The notes: generated by a model not told the origin, from the sequence alone. 64,000 nucleotides of DNA from Candidatus Bathyarchaeia archaeon (GCA_049516875.1 JBEKSS010000001.1:288001-352000); one strand, 5' to 3'. Numbered from the stretch's first letter, positions 1-10,246 are shown. Numbers and translations are program-made.

Positions 1-188
1 TTGATCGGCGTTTCAAAGTAGACCTCTTCCTTCCACACGGCCGCCCTGCCTTCCATCGGCAATTTTCTGACTATCAGATCCACCGTTCTAGGCGCCAAAA
101 AGCGTACCAGCTCTCCTTCTGCCTCGCCCAAGCTTTCGACTGTGAACTTTACTCTTACACGGGATATCTCTGCTTTTTCATCACTCAT
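1..188 (-). CDS. Cyclophilin-like (TM1367-type) protein, N-terminal part, runs off the window
   Basis: Manual translation from ATG at 188: MSDEKAEISRVRVKFTVESLGEAEGELVRFLAPRTVDLIVRKLPMEGRAAVWKEEVYFETPI. Overlaps the stop of the upstream gene (ATGA). Confidence 0.7.
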   Translation of the reverse strand, partial: MSDEKAEISRVRVKFTVESLGEAEGELVRFLAPRTVDLIVRKLPMEGRAAVWKEEVYFETPI

Positions 189-1519
189 TTTTCTTTCCGG
201 CTTCTTTGAATGAACTCGTCCAATATCTGCTCAAGCGAAACTGGCCCCAAAACTTTGAGCTCATACTTCACTCTTACAGTCGGCTTATTAATAGCTATGA
301 CTCTTCTGAGGTCTATAGGCGTCCCTATCACCACAACGTCACACGGTGTCCGATCGATGGTTTCCTTGAGCTCTGCAACCTGTTTCTCGCCGTAACCCAA
401 TGCTGGAAGGACAGCCCCCAAGTGCGGGTATTTCCTGTACGCCTCCTTTATTGAACCCACGGCGTACGGCCTTGGATCAACGAGCTCCGCTGCACCGAAC
501 TTCTTCGCGAACACGACACCGGCTCCGTAGGGCATGCCGCCGTGCGTTATCGTGGGTCCGTCTTCAATCACCAGAACCCTCTTTCCCCGGACTGCTTCTG
601 AGTTGTCTGCAGTTATAGGTGAAGCCGCTTCCAACACCGTGGCGTTCGGATTAACTGTCTTTATGTTTTCTCTGACCTGTTTCACCTTCTGCGGATCAGC
701 AGTATCAACCTTGTTTATTATTACGACATCTGCCATTCGCAGGTTGGTTTCGCCAGGATAGTAAGTCAACTCATGTCCAGCCCTGTGTGGATCGGCCACG
801 ACAATGTTTAAATCGGGCCTGTAGAACGACATGTCGTTGTTGCCTCCGTCCCACACTATCACATCGGCCTCTTTCTCGGCTTCTCTCAGGATTTTTTCGT
901 AGTCAACTCCTGCATAGACGATTATTCCGTTGTCGATGTGCGGCTCATACTCTTCTCTTTCCTCAATCGTGCACTCATACCTGTCTAAATCTGCGTATGA
1001 AGCGAAACGCTCGCACACCTGCTTCCTCAAATCCCCGTACGGCATCGGATGTCTAACGGCTGCGACGTTCAGACCCTTGCTCTTCAGGATCTTTGCAACC
1101 TGGCGGGAAGTTTGACTCTTGCCTGACCCTGTTCTGACAGCGCACACCGAGACAACGGGGACTTCGGCGTTCAGCATAGTTGTCTTTGGCCCCATCAAAC
1201 GGAAGTCAGCACCGTTTGCCAGCACTAGGGAAGCCTTGTGCATGACGTACTCGTGCGAAACGTCGCTGTAAGCGAAAACAACCTGGTCAACATCATGTTT
1301 TTTTATCAGTTCGGCCAGCTCTTCCTCCGAGTATATCGGTATTCCGTTCGGGTACTTTGGGCCAGCAAGCTCGGTTGGATAGGGACGCCCTTCTATTCCT
1401 GGGATCTGAGTGGCTGTGAAGGCCACGACTTCATAAACGTCGTTGTCCCGGAAGTAAACGTTGAAGTTGTGGAAGTCTCTTCCGGCGGCGCCCATTATTA
1501 TAACCTTGATTTTCTGCAT
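185..1519 (-). CDS. arcE: Arginine synthetase ArcE-like protein (COG2403, cDPGS-related P-loop ligase)
   Basis: N-terminus GAAGRDFHNFN..FRDN..YEVVAFTATQIP, P-loop RTGSGKS, RHPMPYG, CTIEEREEYE, WDGGNND. Confidence 0.75.
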   Translation of the reverse strand: MQKIKVIIMGAAGRDFHNFNVYFRDNDVYEVVAFTATQIPGIEGRPYPTELAGPKYPNGIPIYSEEELAELIKKHDVDQVVFAYSDVSHEYVMHKASLVLANGADFRLMGPKTTMLNAEVPVVSVCAVRTGSGKSQTSRQVAKILKSKGLNVAAVRHPMPYGDLRKQVCERFASYADLDRYECTIEEREEYEPHIDNGIIVYAGVDYEKILREAEKEADVIVWDGGNNDMSFYRPDLNIVVADPHRAGHELTYYPGETNLRMADVVIINKVDTADPQKVKQVRENIKTVNPNATVLEAASPITADNSEAVRGKRVLVIEDGPTITHGGMPYGAGVVFAKKFGAAELVDPRPYAVGSIKEAYRKYPHLGAVLPALGYGEKQVAELKETIDRTPCDVVVIGTPIDLRRVIAINKPTVRVKYELKVLGPVSLEQILDEFIQRSRKEK

Positions 1520-1598
1520 GATGAAATCCTCCGTTAAAACCCCAAACCTGGGAGTTCAATACTACTTGGGCATTCCATATAAACCTTAACGTCGCGGA

Positions 1599-2717
1599 CT
1601 ATTTTACCAGATATAGGACGCTGTCGCTTATGAAGTCTAATTGTTCCGCCGTGACTCCTGGATGGACTGGCAGCGAAAACACCTGTGCTGAAGCCTTTTC
1701 TGTCTCTGGAAGCCGGTACCTGCCAAACTTACGGTAGTAAGGCATGAGATGTATCGGGTTCACGTAGCAGACGAACGCGTCTATTCCCTTCTGCTTCAGT
1801 TTCTCAACAACTTCGTCTCTCTTCTCCCTCTTCGCATTCTTCAACCGGACGGTGTAGAGATACCAGCAGCACTTGGAGCCCTCCGGTTCCGTCGGCAGCT
1901 GGAGACCCTTTGCCTTCCGGAGATTTTCACTGAGTCTTTTGGCGTTCCGGCGTCTTTTGGCCACAAACATGGGCAGCTTTTTCAGTTGTTCGATGCCTAT
2001 GGCAGCTGCTATCTCTGGCATGTGATAATTGTGTCCAAGAATGAGGGACTGGTACTTCTTTTTCTCTCCGTGGCTACGGATGTACCGCGGCATCTCCGCA
2101 ATCTGGTCGCTGTTCGTAGTTAGCATACCGCCTTCTCCCGTAGTCATGTTCTTGCTCCCGTAGAAGCTCCAGCACGCAGCGTCGGCAAAGGCTCCCACAG
2201 GTTTTCCTTTGTACATGGCTCCGTGAGCCTGAGCCGCATCCTCAATAATGTTAAGTCCGCGCTCATCGGCAATTTCTCTTATCGGCTGCATGTCAGCAGG
2301 CATGCCATACAAGTCAACCGGCATTATCGCCTTGGTCTTCTTCGTCACAGCCTTCTCGATTGCCCTCGGAGAAACGGTGCACGTGTTCATGTTTATGTCA
2401 ACAAAGACCGGCTTCGCTCTGTTGAAGACCACAGCTTCCGCGGTGGCGACAAACGTGAAGCTTGGCAGAATGACCTCGTCGCCTGCCTTGACGCCCGCGC
2501 CTACAAGGGCCGAGTGCAGTGCAGCCGTTCCCGAGTTCATGGCGATTGCGTGCTTTGCCTTTACGAATTTTGCATATGCGTTCTCAAACTCTGTAACCTT
2601 CGGGCCCCCACCAAGGCCGGATGTCAACACGCCGCTCTTCATGACTTTGACAACAGCTTCGATCTCTTCCTTACCAATCTGCGGAGCATTAATTGATATC
2701 ATCTTACTGCCTTCCAC
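1599..2717 (-). CDS. DegT/DnrJ/EryC1/StrS family PLP aminotransferase
   Basis: NSGTAALH, EDAAQAHGA, SFYGSKNMTTGEGG. Confidence 0.92.
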   Translation of the reverse strand: MEGSKMISINAPQIGKEEIEAVVKVMKSGVLTSGLGGGPKVTEFENAYAKFVKAKHAIAMNSGTAALHSALVGAGVKAGDEVILPSFTFVATAEAVVFNRAKPVFVDINMNTCTVSPRAIEKAVTKKTKAIMPVDLYGMPADMQPIREIADERGLNIIEDAAQAHGAMYKGKPVGAFADAACWSFYGSKNMTTGEGGMLTTNSDQIAEMPRYIRSHGEKKKYQSLILGHNYHMPEIAAAIGIEQLKKLPMFVAKRRRNAKRLSENLRKAKGLQLPTEPEGSKCCWYLYTVRLKNAKREKRDEVVEKLKQKGIDAFVCYVNPIHLMPYYRKFGRYRLPETEKASAQVFSLPVHPGVTAEQLDFISDSVLYLVK

Positions 2718-2789
2718 TTACTATGCCGATCTTATGTTAATAACTTCTACGTCCGCCTTTCGACTCGAGTTCACGCCTTGAGGATATGA

Positions 2790-3434
2790 CTAAAACCCGT
2801 TCGCTGAACCTTTTACTCTGTTAAGGAACTCTTCCTTTTCTCTTTCGACCTCTTCCATCCTTTTCGACAGAAACTCTAGTTCTTCACATATTTCTTCGAG
2901 CCACTGTTCCATCGCCAAGCTGCACTCATTGTCAGTCATTTTTGAGAGGTATTTTAAGACATCTTGAGCAGCATTCTTCTTCAGCGAGTGCAAGGGATAG
3001 TTTATTTCCTGAAACTTTGAGAAGGGAAAGAAGTGCCTGGTTGAGCGCGGTTCCATCAGGTGACCGCTGACTCCAGCTAGAATGACCTCTTCGATGGATA
3101 TTTCTTTGTCGACGCCGTTTGTGTATCGGTGTATTCTCCTTTTCCCAACGTGTATTCTCTGGTTTTTGAAGACGTCCACGAGAATGACTGGTATCAGCTC
3201 GTAGCCAAGGCTCATCAGTGCGAGCCAGCGGTGCATTCCATCCAAGATGACATTCGTCTTTTCATCAGCTATTATCGGATACTTCAGCACACCGTCTCTG
3301 AGGATTTCCTTTCTCAAGAGCTCAAGATACAGCGGGGAACCCTTTTCATGCGGCTTGAGCTGGTCAACTCGTAACAAAGTCAGTTTTGCATCCGTGTTTT
3401 CGACTTTCAAGACTGTAGATGTCACATGGTTCAC
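2790..3434 (-). CDS. ParB/Srx-fold protein, SerK/SbnI-like putative free serine kinase
   Basis: LKPHE, PIIAD..ILDGMHRW and C-terminal EEV..G..P.STRH.FPF as in SerK. Lies 3 bp downstream of trpB2. Confidence 0.65.
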   Translation of the reverse strand: MNHVTSTVLKVENTDAKLTLLRVDQLKPHEKGSPLYLELLRKEILRDGVLKYPIIADEKTNVILDGMHRWLALMSLGYELIPVILVDVFKNQRIHVGKRRIHRYTNGVDKEISIEEVILAGVSGHLMEPRSTRHFFPFSKFQEINYPLHSLKKNAAQDVLKYLSKMTDNECSLAMEQWLEEICEELEFLSKRMEEVEREKEEFLNRVKGSANGF

Positions 3435-3437
3435 CTT

Positions 3438-4799
3438 TTAGTAGCTGAAGGTCGGAACTTCGATTTTTTCAGGCTCATATTCGACGAGTTTACCCGCGAG
3501 ATACTGCTCGTAAGCGGACAGATCAAGCAGGCCGTGTCCGCTGTAGTTCATTGCAATCACTTTCTTTTCGTCTGCCTTCCTACATTTCAAAGCCTCGTCC
3601 ACGACGAACTTGAGGCTGTGGGCGGTTTCAGGAGCCGCTATCAAACCTTCCGTTTGAGCCAAAAGCTTAGCAGCCTCGAAAACTTCGGCTTGATTATAAG
3701 CCACTGAACGGGCGTACCCTTTATGAATCAGGTACGATATCAGCGGTGACATGCCGTGATACCTTAAGCCGCCAGCATGGACGGGTGGACACGCGTAGTC
3801 ATGCCCTATCGTCAACATTTTGATAAGTGGAGTCATTTTAGCCGTGTCTCCATAATCGTAGGTGTAGACGCCTCTGGTTGTGTGTGGAACGGCTTTCGAT
3901 TCGCAGGCAACAAATTCTGCGTTCGTCTTTCCCTTGAGCTTGTCCATCATGAAGGGGAAACAGAAGCCGCCGTAGTTGGAGCCGCCGCCTATGCAGCCGC
4001 AGACCACGTCAGGGTTTACGTCTATGTGTTCAAACTGTTTCTTTGCTTCTAACCCTATTATCGTCTGGTGCATCAGGACGTGGTTTAGGACAGATCCGAG
4101 AGAATAGCGCGTGTCTTCATGAGTCACCGTATCTTCGATGGCCTCGCTTATGGCTATACCGAGTGTCCCAGGATGATTCGGATTCTCCTTAAGCAGCTTT
4201 CTGCCAAAATCTGTTTGATCACTCGGTGACGGAAACATTTCGGCTCCATACAACTGAGCCATTGTCCTTCTTCCAAGCTTGTTCTGATAACTCACGCGAA
4301 CCATGTAAATCCGGCATGCAAGCCCGAAAAGCGTGGTTGCCAAAGCCAAGGCTGTGCCCCATTGCCCAGCCCCCGTCTCAGTCGCTAACCTCTTGATTCC
4401 CTGCTTTCTATTGTAATATGCCTGCGCAATAGCCGTATTGGTTTTGTGACTGCCTGTAGGACTGAAGTTCTCACACTTGAAATAGATTTGCGCCGGTGTC
4501 TTGAGAAACTTCTCAAGTCTTCTGGCGCGGTAAAGTGGTGTTGGACGCGGCAGTCTTAGATACGCGTCAAGCACATCATCTGGTATTCTAACATACCGTT
4601 CCGTTGAGACCTCTTGTCCAACAAGTTCCTTTGCAAATATCCTTTCAAGAACGCTTGGGCTTATCGGCTTTAGCGTTGTTGGGTCCAATGGGGGTGGCAG
4701 AGGTTCTGGAAGATCTGCCTGTATGTTATACCATGATGTTGGCATTTCGTCAGGTTCTAACGTGGTTACATATTCTTTGGTTTTGCTCATCTGGGTCAT
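3438..4799 (-). CDS. trpB2: Tryptophan synthase beta chain 2 (TrpB2)
   Basis: WYNI.ADLP, SPTGSHK, TETGAGQWG, GSVLNHV, GGGSN, HAGGLRYHG, SGHG. Start moved to ATG 4799, which follows a GGTGA SD. Confidence 0.93.
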   Translation of the reverse strand: MTQMSKTKEYVTTLEPDEMPTSWYNIQADLPEPLPPPLDPTTLKPISPSVLERIFAKELVGQEVSTERYVRIPDDVLDAYLRLPRPTPLYRARRLEKFLKTPAQIYFKCENFSPTGSHKTNTAIAQAYYNRKQGIKRLATETGAGQWGTALALATTLFGLACRIYMVRVSYQNKLGRRTMAQLYGAEMFPSPSDQTDFGRKLLKENPNHPGTLGIAISEAIEDTVTHEDTRYSLGSVLNHVLMHQTIIGLEAKKQFEHIDVNPDVVCGCIGGGSNYGGFCFPFMMDKLKGKTNAEFVACESKAVPHTTRGVYTYDYGDTAKMTPLIKMLTIGHDYACPPVHAGGLRYHGMSPLISYLIHKGYARSVAYNQAEVFEAAKLLAQTEGLIAAPETAHSLKFVVDEALKCRKADEKKVIAMNYSGHGLLDLSAYEQYLAGKLVEYEPEKIEVPTFSY

Positions 4800-4812
4800 A
4801 TAGGCTTCACCC

Positions 4813-4899
4813 ATGTACATTTCAGTGCATTTGTGCACGTTTATAGCCAAATTATAGTGCAAGAACATATTTATACTTTATTGCACAAAAATGTACATT
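4813..4899. promoter_or_regulatory. Divergent promoter with TRP boxes (TGTACA) for TrpY
   Basis: TGTACA at 4814 and 4892, TGTGCA at 4832, TGCACA at 4882. A 17-bp imperfect inverted repeat (4813-4829 / 4882-4898) surrounds a TATA-like ATTTATA at about 4869. Confidence 0.75.
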
Positions 4900-4913
4900 A
4901 AAGGAACCGCAAC

Positions 4914-5417
4914 ATGTGGAGCAACGTGAAAAAATATTTCGAAGGCCACCCTGAAAGGCTCAACGTGGCGCGCGTGCTAATCGAAAACGGGCTGAGCGTA
5001 AGAAACGGAAGAATCTACCTCAACGAAATAGAGCTCCCACCGGTGCGCGTGGCCCGAGCTGCAGGGGTTGATAGGCGGACAGTCAAAGAGACATTAAAAG
5101 CAATAGGAGCCAACAGGGAACTTCGACTGATATTTGAAGGCATAAGGTCTGCTGGACACTCGCTGAAGGAGATCGCCAAGCACTTGAACCTCGGAGTGGT
5201 TGAAATAACGCCTGTTGACGCGAGAATGTCAGGCATTTTGGCCAATTCCGCGATGATTCTGGCAAAGAACGGCTTGAGCATAAGACAGGCAATCGTGGAC
5301 GACCCGGAACTCTCGCCAGAACCCAAACTATCGCTGATTGTTGAAAAAAAAATCCCGGGAGAGCTCATCCCAGAACTACTCAACGTGAAGGGAGTGGCCA
5401 AGGTTTCAATCTATTAG
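4914..5417 (+). CDS. trpY: TrpY tryptophan-sensing regulator (HTH + ACT, COG2150)
   Basis: MW..VKKYF..P....VAR.L.E.GL.V, HTH ARAAGVDRRTV, C-terminal ACT (GILA..SIRQ..DDPEL). Divergent from trpB2 across TRP boxes. Confidence 0.8.
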   Translation: MWSNVKKYFEGHPERLNVARVLIENGLSVRNGRIYLNEIELPPVRVARAAGVDRRTVKETLKAIGANRELRLIFEGIRSAGHSLKEIAKHLNLGVVEITPVDARMSGILANSAMILAKNGLSIRQAIVDDPELSPEPKLSLIVEKKIPGELIPELLNVKGVAKVSIY

Positions 5418-5577
5418 GTAGCCAGTAGTAATCACCCGCAAAGTCATGAATCTGAGCACACTTCACGTTGCTAAGCATTCATGGAGTCTAAACATTGAAA
5501 ACACACGTTCTTGACAGAAAGGATAATAGACAACCTGAATCGCACTTTATATATTCATGGTCACGGATGGCTAACAG

Positions 5578-7578
5578 ATGGCGAGAGTAGGCGTGTACGT
5601 TTGCCACTGCGGCTTGAACATCGCCGGAGTTGTTGACGTGGAAAAAGTTGCCGAATACGCCAGAACCTTGACAGGTGTCGTCGTGACCAAACATTACACT
5701 TACATGTGTTCTGAACCTGGACAACGCATGATTCAGGACGATATCAAGGCTAAGAAGCTTGACAGGATTGTTATCGCAACATGCTCGCCTCGTATGCATG
5801 AAGAAACGTTCCGGAGAGCAGTTGCAGAAGCCGGACTAAACCCATATTTGACAGAAATAGTCAACTTGCGGGAGCAGGTTTCTTGGGCGCACATTCATGA
5901 GCCTGGAAAGGCAACGGAAAAAGCCAAAGCGCTTGTAAGAATGGGGGTGGCCCGCGCCCGACTCCTAGAACCGCTTGAAAAACGCAGAGTGAGCGTTGAG
6001 AAAAGCGTATTGGTTGTGGGCGGCGGAATCGCAGGCATACAGGCCTCGTTGGACCTTGCCAACGCAGGGTTCCCAGTCTACCTTATAGAGAAAGCCCCAA
6101 GCATCGGCGGACGCATGGCACAGCTGGACAAGACCTTTCCAACTCTTGACTGCAGCGCGTGCATCCTGACCCCTAAGATGGTTGATGTGGCCAAAAATCC
6201 AAACATAACAATGCTGACGAATGCTGAAGTCACCGACGTGAAGGGCTTTGTCGGCAACTATGAAGCTTCAATTCTCAAGAAGCCAAGATACGTGGACGAA
6301 AAGAGATGCGTGGGTTGTGAACTGTGCACGGAAGTCTGTCCAGTCAAAGTTCCCGACAAGTTTAACGAGAACCTGGCTGAAAAACGTGCAATATCAATTT
6401 ACTCAGCACATGCCGTCCCCAAAATCGCGACAATCAATCCGGACTACTGCCTCAGACTGAAGTATGATAAAGGCGTTTGCGGTAAGTGCCAAGAGGCATG
6501 CGAAGCCAAAGCCATAAACTTTGAGCAGCAACCAGAAACAATTCAAGTCAAAGTGGGCGGCGTAGTCCTAGCCGTTGGTTCTGAGGTTTTCAACGCTTTG
6601 GAAATGGCGGAACTCGGTTATGGACGCTTCAAAAACGTCGTTTCAAACATCGAGTTTGAGAGGATTTCGGACGCATCTGGGCCGACAGGAGGGAAAATTC
6701 TCTCTCCGAAAGACGGCAAAACACCCAAAACCATCGCTTTCATCCAGTGTGTGGGCTCTCGAGACAAGCGTTTCCACGAATACTGTTGCCGAGTTGGCTG
6801 CATGGTAACCCTGAAACAAGCGATTTTAGCAAGAGAGAAAATCCATGAAAACGTGAGAATATACGTCTGCTACATCGACGTGCGAGCCTTCGGTAAGGGC
6901 TACGACGAGTTTTACAGACGGGCAAGGGACATGGATATAGACTTTGTGGCGGGCTTGCCCTCTGAGATTCACGCAACGTCAGACGGTTCACTCTACTTCG
7001 ACGTCTACGACAAGGGAACGAACAAACTATTGCAGATACGCGCGGATCTGGTCGTTCTTGGGACAGGACTTGTCCCGAACGAGAATCTTGCTGACGTCAG
7101 TGCACTGTTCCATGCTTCAAGGAGCGCGGACGGTTTTCTGTTAGAGGCACATCCTAAACTGAAGCCACTCGAGAGCGCCATGGCAGGCGTCTTTCTAGCA
7201 GGTGCGTGCCAAGGACCCAAGGACATACCGGACACGGTGGCGCAAGCAAGCGGGGCTGCGGCGAAAGCCATGGACTTGCTGTCACAGGGTGAAATTGAGC
7301 TTGAACCCTTGAAAGCCATAGTCGACGAAGACCTCTGCAGCGGATGCAAGATATGTGCGTCAATCTGCCCATTCCTAGCAATAGAAATGAAAACTGACAT
7401 CGTTGACGGAAAAGAGAGACCCAGAGCTGAGGTTATTGAGGCAGTGTGCCAAGGTTGTGGTCTTTGCAGTTCAGCGTGTCCGACTGGCGCCATCAAGATA
7501 CAGCAGTATAGCAACAAACAAGTAATGACCCAGGTTGAGGCGGCCCTGGCTGAAACCTGTGCTGAAGGAGGAAAATGA
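5578..7578 (+). CDS. hdrA: Heterodisulfide reductase subunit A
   Basis: GVYVCHCG.NI, CSPRMHE, GGGIAG, DKTFPTLDCSACI, QCVGSRD..YCCRVGC, EAHPKL, GPKDIPD, ferredoxin motifs. Confidence 0.95.
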   Translation: MARVGVYVCHCGLNIAGVVDVEKVAEYARTLTGVVVTKHYTYMCSEPGQRMIQDDIKAKKLDRIVIATCSPRMHEETFRRAVAEAGLNPYLTEIVNLREQVSWAHIHEPGKATEKAKALVRMGVARARLLEPLEKRRVSVEKSVLVVGGGIAGIQASLDLANAGFPVYLIEKAPSIGGRMAQLDKTFPTLDCSACILTPKMVDVAKNPNITMLTNAEVTDVKGFVGNYEASILKKPRYVDEKRCVGCELCTEVCPVKVPDKFNENLAEKRAISIYSAHAVPKIATINPDYCLRLKYDKGVCGKCQEACEAKAINFEQQPETIQVKVGGVVLAVGSEVFNALEMAELGYGRFKNVVSNIEFERISDASGPTGGKILSPKDGKTPKTIAFIQCVGSRDKRFHEYCCRVGCMVTLKQAILAREKIHENVRIYVCYIDVRAFGKGYDEFYRRARDMDIDFVAGLPSEIHATSDGSLYFDVYDKGTNKLLQIRADLVVLGTGLVPNENLADVSALFHASRSADGFLLEAHPKLKPLESAMAGVFLAGACQGPKDIPDTVAQASGAAAKAMDLLSQGEIELEPLKAIVDEDLCSGCKICASICPFLAIEMKTDIVDGKERPRAEVIEAVCQGCGLCSSACPTGAIKIQQYSNKQVMTQVEAALAETCAEGGK

Positions 7579-7597
7579 TCTGAGCCTTATCGATTTG

Positions 7598-8095
7598 ATG
7601 TCAATGGCCAAACCCAACATCGAAGCAAGGGACAAAATCCTAGCCAGGCTCAGCGGGAAAGAACTCGTGAACTGCTTCCAGTGTATAAAATGCACGAGCG
7701 GCTGCACCGCTCTGAAGCTTCTGGAACTGAAGCCGCATGAAATAATAAAACTCGTGAACCTGGGTTTCGTGGACGAACTGCCCTCTTCGGACATAATCTG
7801 GACGTGCGTAACCTGCCTGAAATGCGTGCAGAGATGCCCCCAGAAAGCCTCGCCTTACCACGTGATAATAGCTCTGAGAAACCTTGCCGTCGAAAAAGAA
7901 GCAAAGGTGCCCGAGGGATACTTGAAGGCCGTTTCACAAATCTTGGAAACCGGACAGGTGGAAACATACCAGAAAATCGTGACTAGAAAGATGGAAACTG
8001 TTGATCGTGAATGCCTGAAACTGCCCAAGATTAACCCTCCGAAAGAAAGCTTTCAGGCTGTCTTCATGAAAGCCATGGAGGAAAAAAAAGCTTGA
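7598..8095 (+). CDS. hdrC: Heterodisulfide reductase subunit C
   Basis: CFQCIKCTSGC and IWTCVTCLKCVQRCP. Start uncertain: an in-frame CTG at 7580 follows a GGAGG. Confidence 0.88.
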   Translation: MSMAKPNIEARDKILARLSGKELVNCFQCIKCTSGCTALKLLELKPHEIIKLVNLGFVDELPSSDIIWTCVTCLKCVQRCPQKASPYHVIIALRNLAVEKEAKVPEGYLKAVSQILETGQVETYQKIVTRKMETVDRECLKLPKINPPKESFQAVFMKAMEEKKA

Positions 8096-8967
8096 AGACG
8101 GCGGTTTTCTGGGGTTGCTGCATACTAACAAGCCAGTACGCCTATGAAATGTCCCTCCGCCAAGTTCTACCCAAGTTCGACATCGACCTTGTTGACCTCC
8201 GTGAATCCACCTGCTGCGGTGACCCCATAAAAAGCGTCAACGACTTCACAGCCAACTATCTTGCAGCGAGGGCTCTATCTCTCGCAAACTTGACAGGCTT
8301 GGAAGACCTCCTCGTCCCATGCAACCGCTGCCACTTCACAATCTCTGAAGCAAAGAAAACAATACAAGACAACATTAATATACGCCAAAAAATCGTGGGC
8401 TTGCTGAAGGAAGAAGGTTTGGAGTACAACTCGAACATCAAGATTTGGCACACAATTGATCTTTTGCACGACTATGTTGGACTCGAAAGAATCAGGAAAG
8501 CAGTGACCAAACCGCTCAAAGGCTTGAAAGTCGCGAGCCATATCGGCTGTCAGATCATCCGTTACAGCGACTTGGGAAGGGTTGACGATGCTGAAAACCC
8601 GAAGAAACTTGACGAGCTAATATGTGCCTTGGGTGCAGAAGTTGTGGACTACCCTGAGAAACTGGACTGTTGCGGTGCAGCGCTGACGCGTAGCCATCCT
8701 GACTCCGCGCTCTCACTGGCGGGATCCAAGCTTAAGGCGATTCAGAATTTGCCAGCAAACGGCTTGGTTGTCTCCTGTCCAGATTGTCAATTGATGTTCG
8801 ATGCGAAGCAGAGAGACGCAGGGACAACGGTCGGAGCCAAACTTAACGTTCCAGTGGTTTACTACACACAACTGCTCGGGTTGGCTCTAGGCATCGAGGA
8901 AAAGAAGCTTGGCCTGGATTTGAATCAAAGCCCCGTTGACCAACTTCTGAACAAAATTTCTGTCTAG
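8092..8967 (+). CDS. hdrB: Heterodisulfide reductase subunit B
   Basis: Two CCG domains (GC..CCG..C..C; HIGC..CCG..CPDC..FD), YYTQLLGLA. Confidence 0.92.
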   Translation: MKTAVFWGCCILTSQYAYEMSLRQVLPKFDIDLVDLRESTCCGDPIKSVNDFTANYLAARALSLANLTGLEDLLVPCNRCHFTISEAKKTIQDNINIRQKIVGLLKEEGLEYNSNIKIWHTIDLLHDYVGLERIRKAVTKPLKGLKVASHIGCQIIRYSDLGRVDDAENPKKLDELICALGAEVVDYPEKLDCCGAALTRSHPDSALSLAGSKLKAIQNLPANGLVVSCPDCQLMFDAKQRDAGTTVGAKLNVPVVYYTQLLGLALGIEEKKLGLDLNQSPVDQLLNKISV

Positions 8968-9028
8968 ACGCCCAAACAACTTTTATTCCAGTAATTCTAA
9001 ACTCTGTTTCTGAAAAAGGTGAAAAAGG

Positions 9029-10246
9029 ATGGTAGATTTCAGTTTCACAGAGGAACAGGAGCTTTTCCGCAAGGCTGTACGACAATGGTGCGAAAAAAAC
9101 TTGCCTCTGGAAAAAATCAGGGAAATGGACACTCAAGGCTGGATTCCGCAGGAATTACTCAGAAGCATGGGCGAAATGGGACTGCTTATAATGACTGCAC
9201 CGGAGGAACACGGTGGAACCGGTGCAGACTGGGTTACAGCATGCGTTGCAGCAGAAGAACTCGGCTACGCGGATGTAAGCATCGCTCTGCCGGTGCTCTG
9301 GCTTGTAGAATCATCATGGGGCTACGTGGTCGACAGACACTGCAGTGAAACGGTACGCGAAGCAGTCATCCGCAAGGCCATCAAAGGCGACGCCTTCATC
9401 GGCATAGGATCCACAGAAGCAGCCGGAGGCTCAGATGTCGCTGGATTTAAGTCCACAGCAAGAAGGCAGGAAAACGAGTGGATTCTCAACGGCGAGAAAA
9501 CTTACATCAGCGGCACTGAAGAAGCCAAGAAGCTGGGAGGAGGCTACTTCGTAGTTGCACGAAGTTCACCTGCCCCTCCAGAAGCTTCACACCGTGGAAT
9601 GACAGGCTTCTACGTTCCTATGAACGCGCCGGGAGTTGAAATCAATAAGCGTTACGAAGACATGGGGAGGATGGCAATTTCAACCGGCGGCTTCTTGATG
9701 AAAAACGTCAAGGTTCCAGACTCCTACCGCTTAGGAGAAGTGGACAAGGGTTTCTACTTGACGATGGAAGGATTCGACACTGCGCGCATACTGATATCAG
9801 CCGTGTGCATTGGAGCAGCAAGGCGTGCCCTAGACATTGGAATGGAATACGTAAAAGAACGGAAAGCCTTCGGAAGGCCGATCGGTAAATTCCAAGGCAT
9901 ACAGTTTGAAATGGTAGACGATTGGACGCATCTGGAAGCTTTGCGGTCATTGACTTTCCGCACTGCTTGGATGATGGACATGCGCTACAAAGAGAACAAG
10001 TTCACACCACTCGAAGTGACCAAGATGATCGCCGCCTGCAAACTCCTTGCGCCACACTTGGCGTTTGACATTTACAAACACGCGATGATTTGGCTTGGTG
10101 CATATGGCTACACAAAAGAATGCCCGTTAGAGATGGGGTTGCGAGGCATAATGTCCTACTGCGTGGGCGCTGAGGGAGCAACCAACATTCAAAGAACAGT
10201 CATAGCGAGAGAGCTGCTGGGAAAGGACTTCATAGCCTACAAGTAG
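9029..10246 (+). CDS. Acyl-CoA dehydrogenase
   Basis: TE.AGGSD, LNGEKTYIS, R.AFGRPI.KFQ, GAYGY, EGATNIQR. Confidence 0.93.
   Translation: MVDFSFTEEQELFRKAVRQWCEKNLPLEKIREMDTQGWIPQELLRSMGEMGLLIMTAPEEHGGTGADWVTACVAAEELGYADVSIALPVLWLVESSWGYVVDRHCSETVREAVIRKAIKGDAFIGIGSTEAAGGSDVAGFKSTARRQENEWILNGEKTYISGTEEAKKLGGGYFVVARSSPAPPEASHRGMTGFYVPMNAPGVEINKRYEDMGRMAISTGGFLMKNVKVPDSYRLGEVDKGFYLTMEGFDTARILISAVCIGAARRALDIGMEYVKERKAFGRPIGKFQGIQFEMVDDWTHLEALRSLTFRTAWMMDMRYKENKFTPLEVTKMIAACKLLAPHLAFDIYKHAMIWLGAYGYTKECPLEMGLRGIMSYCVGAEGATNIQRTVIARELLGKDFIAYK

Noticed and set aside
5578-8967. Methanogenesis inferred from hdrABC
   Set aside because: No mcr, mtr or mvh genes in the window, and Hdr is widespread in non-methanogens.
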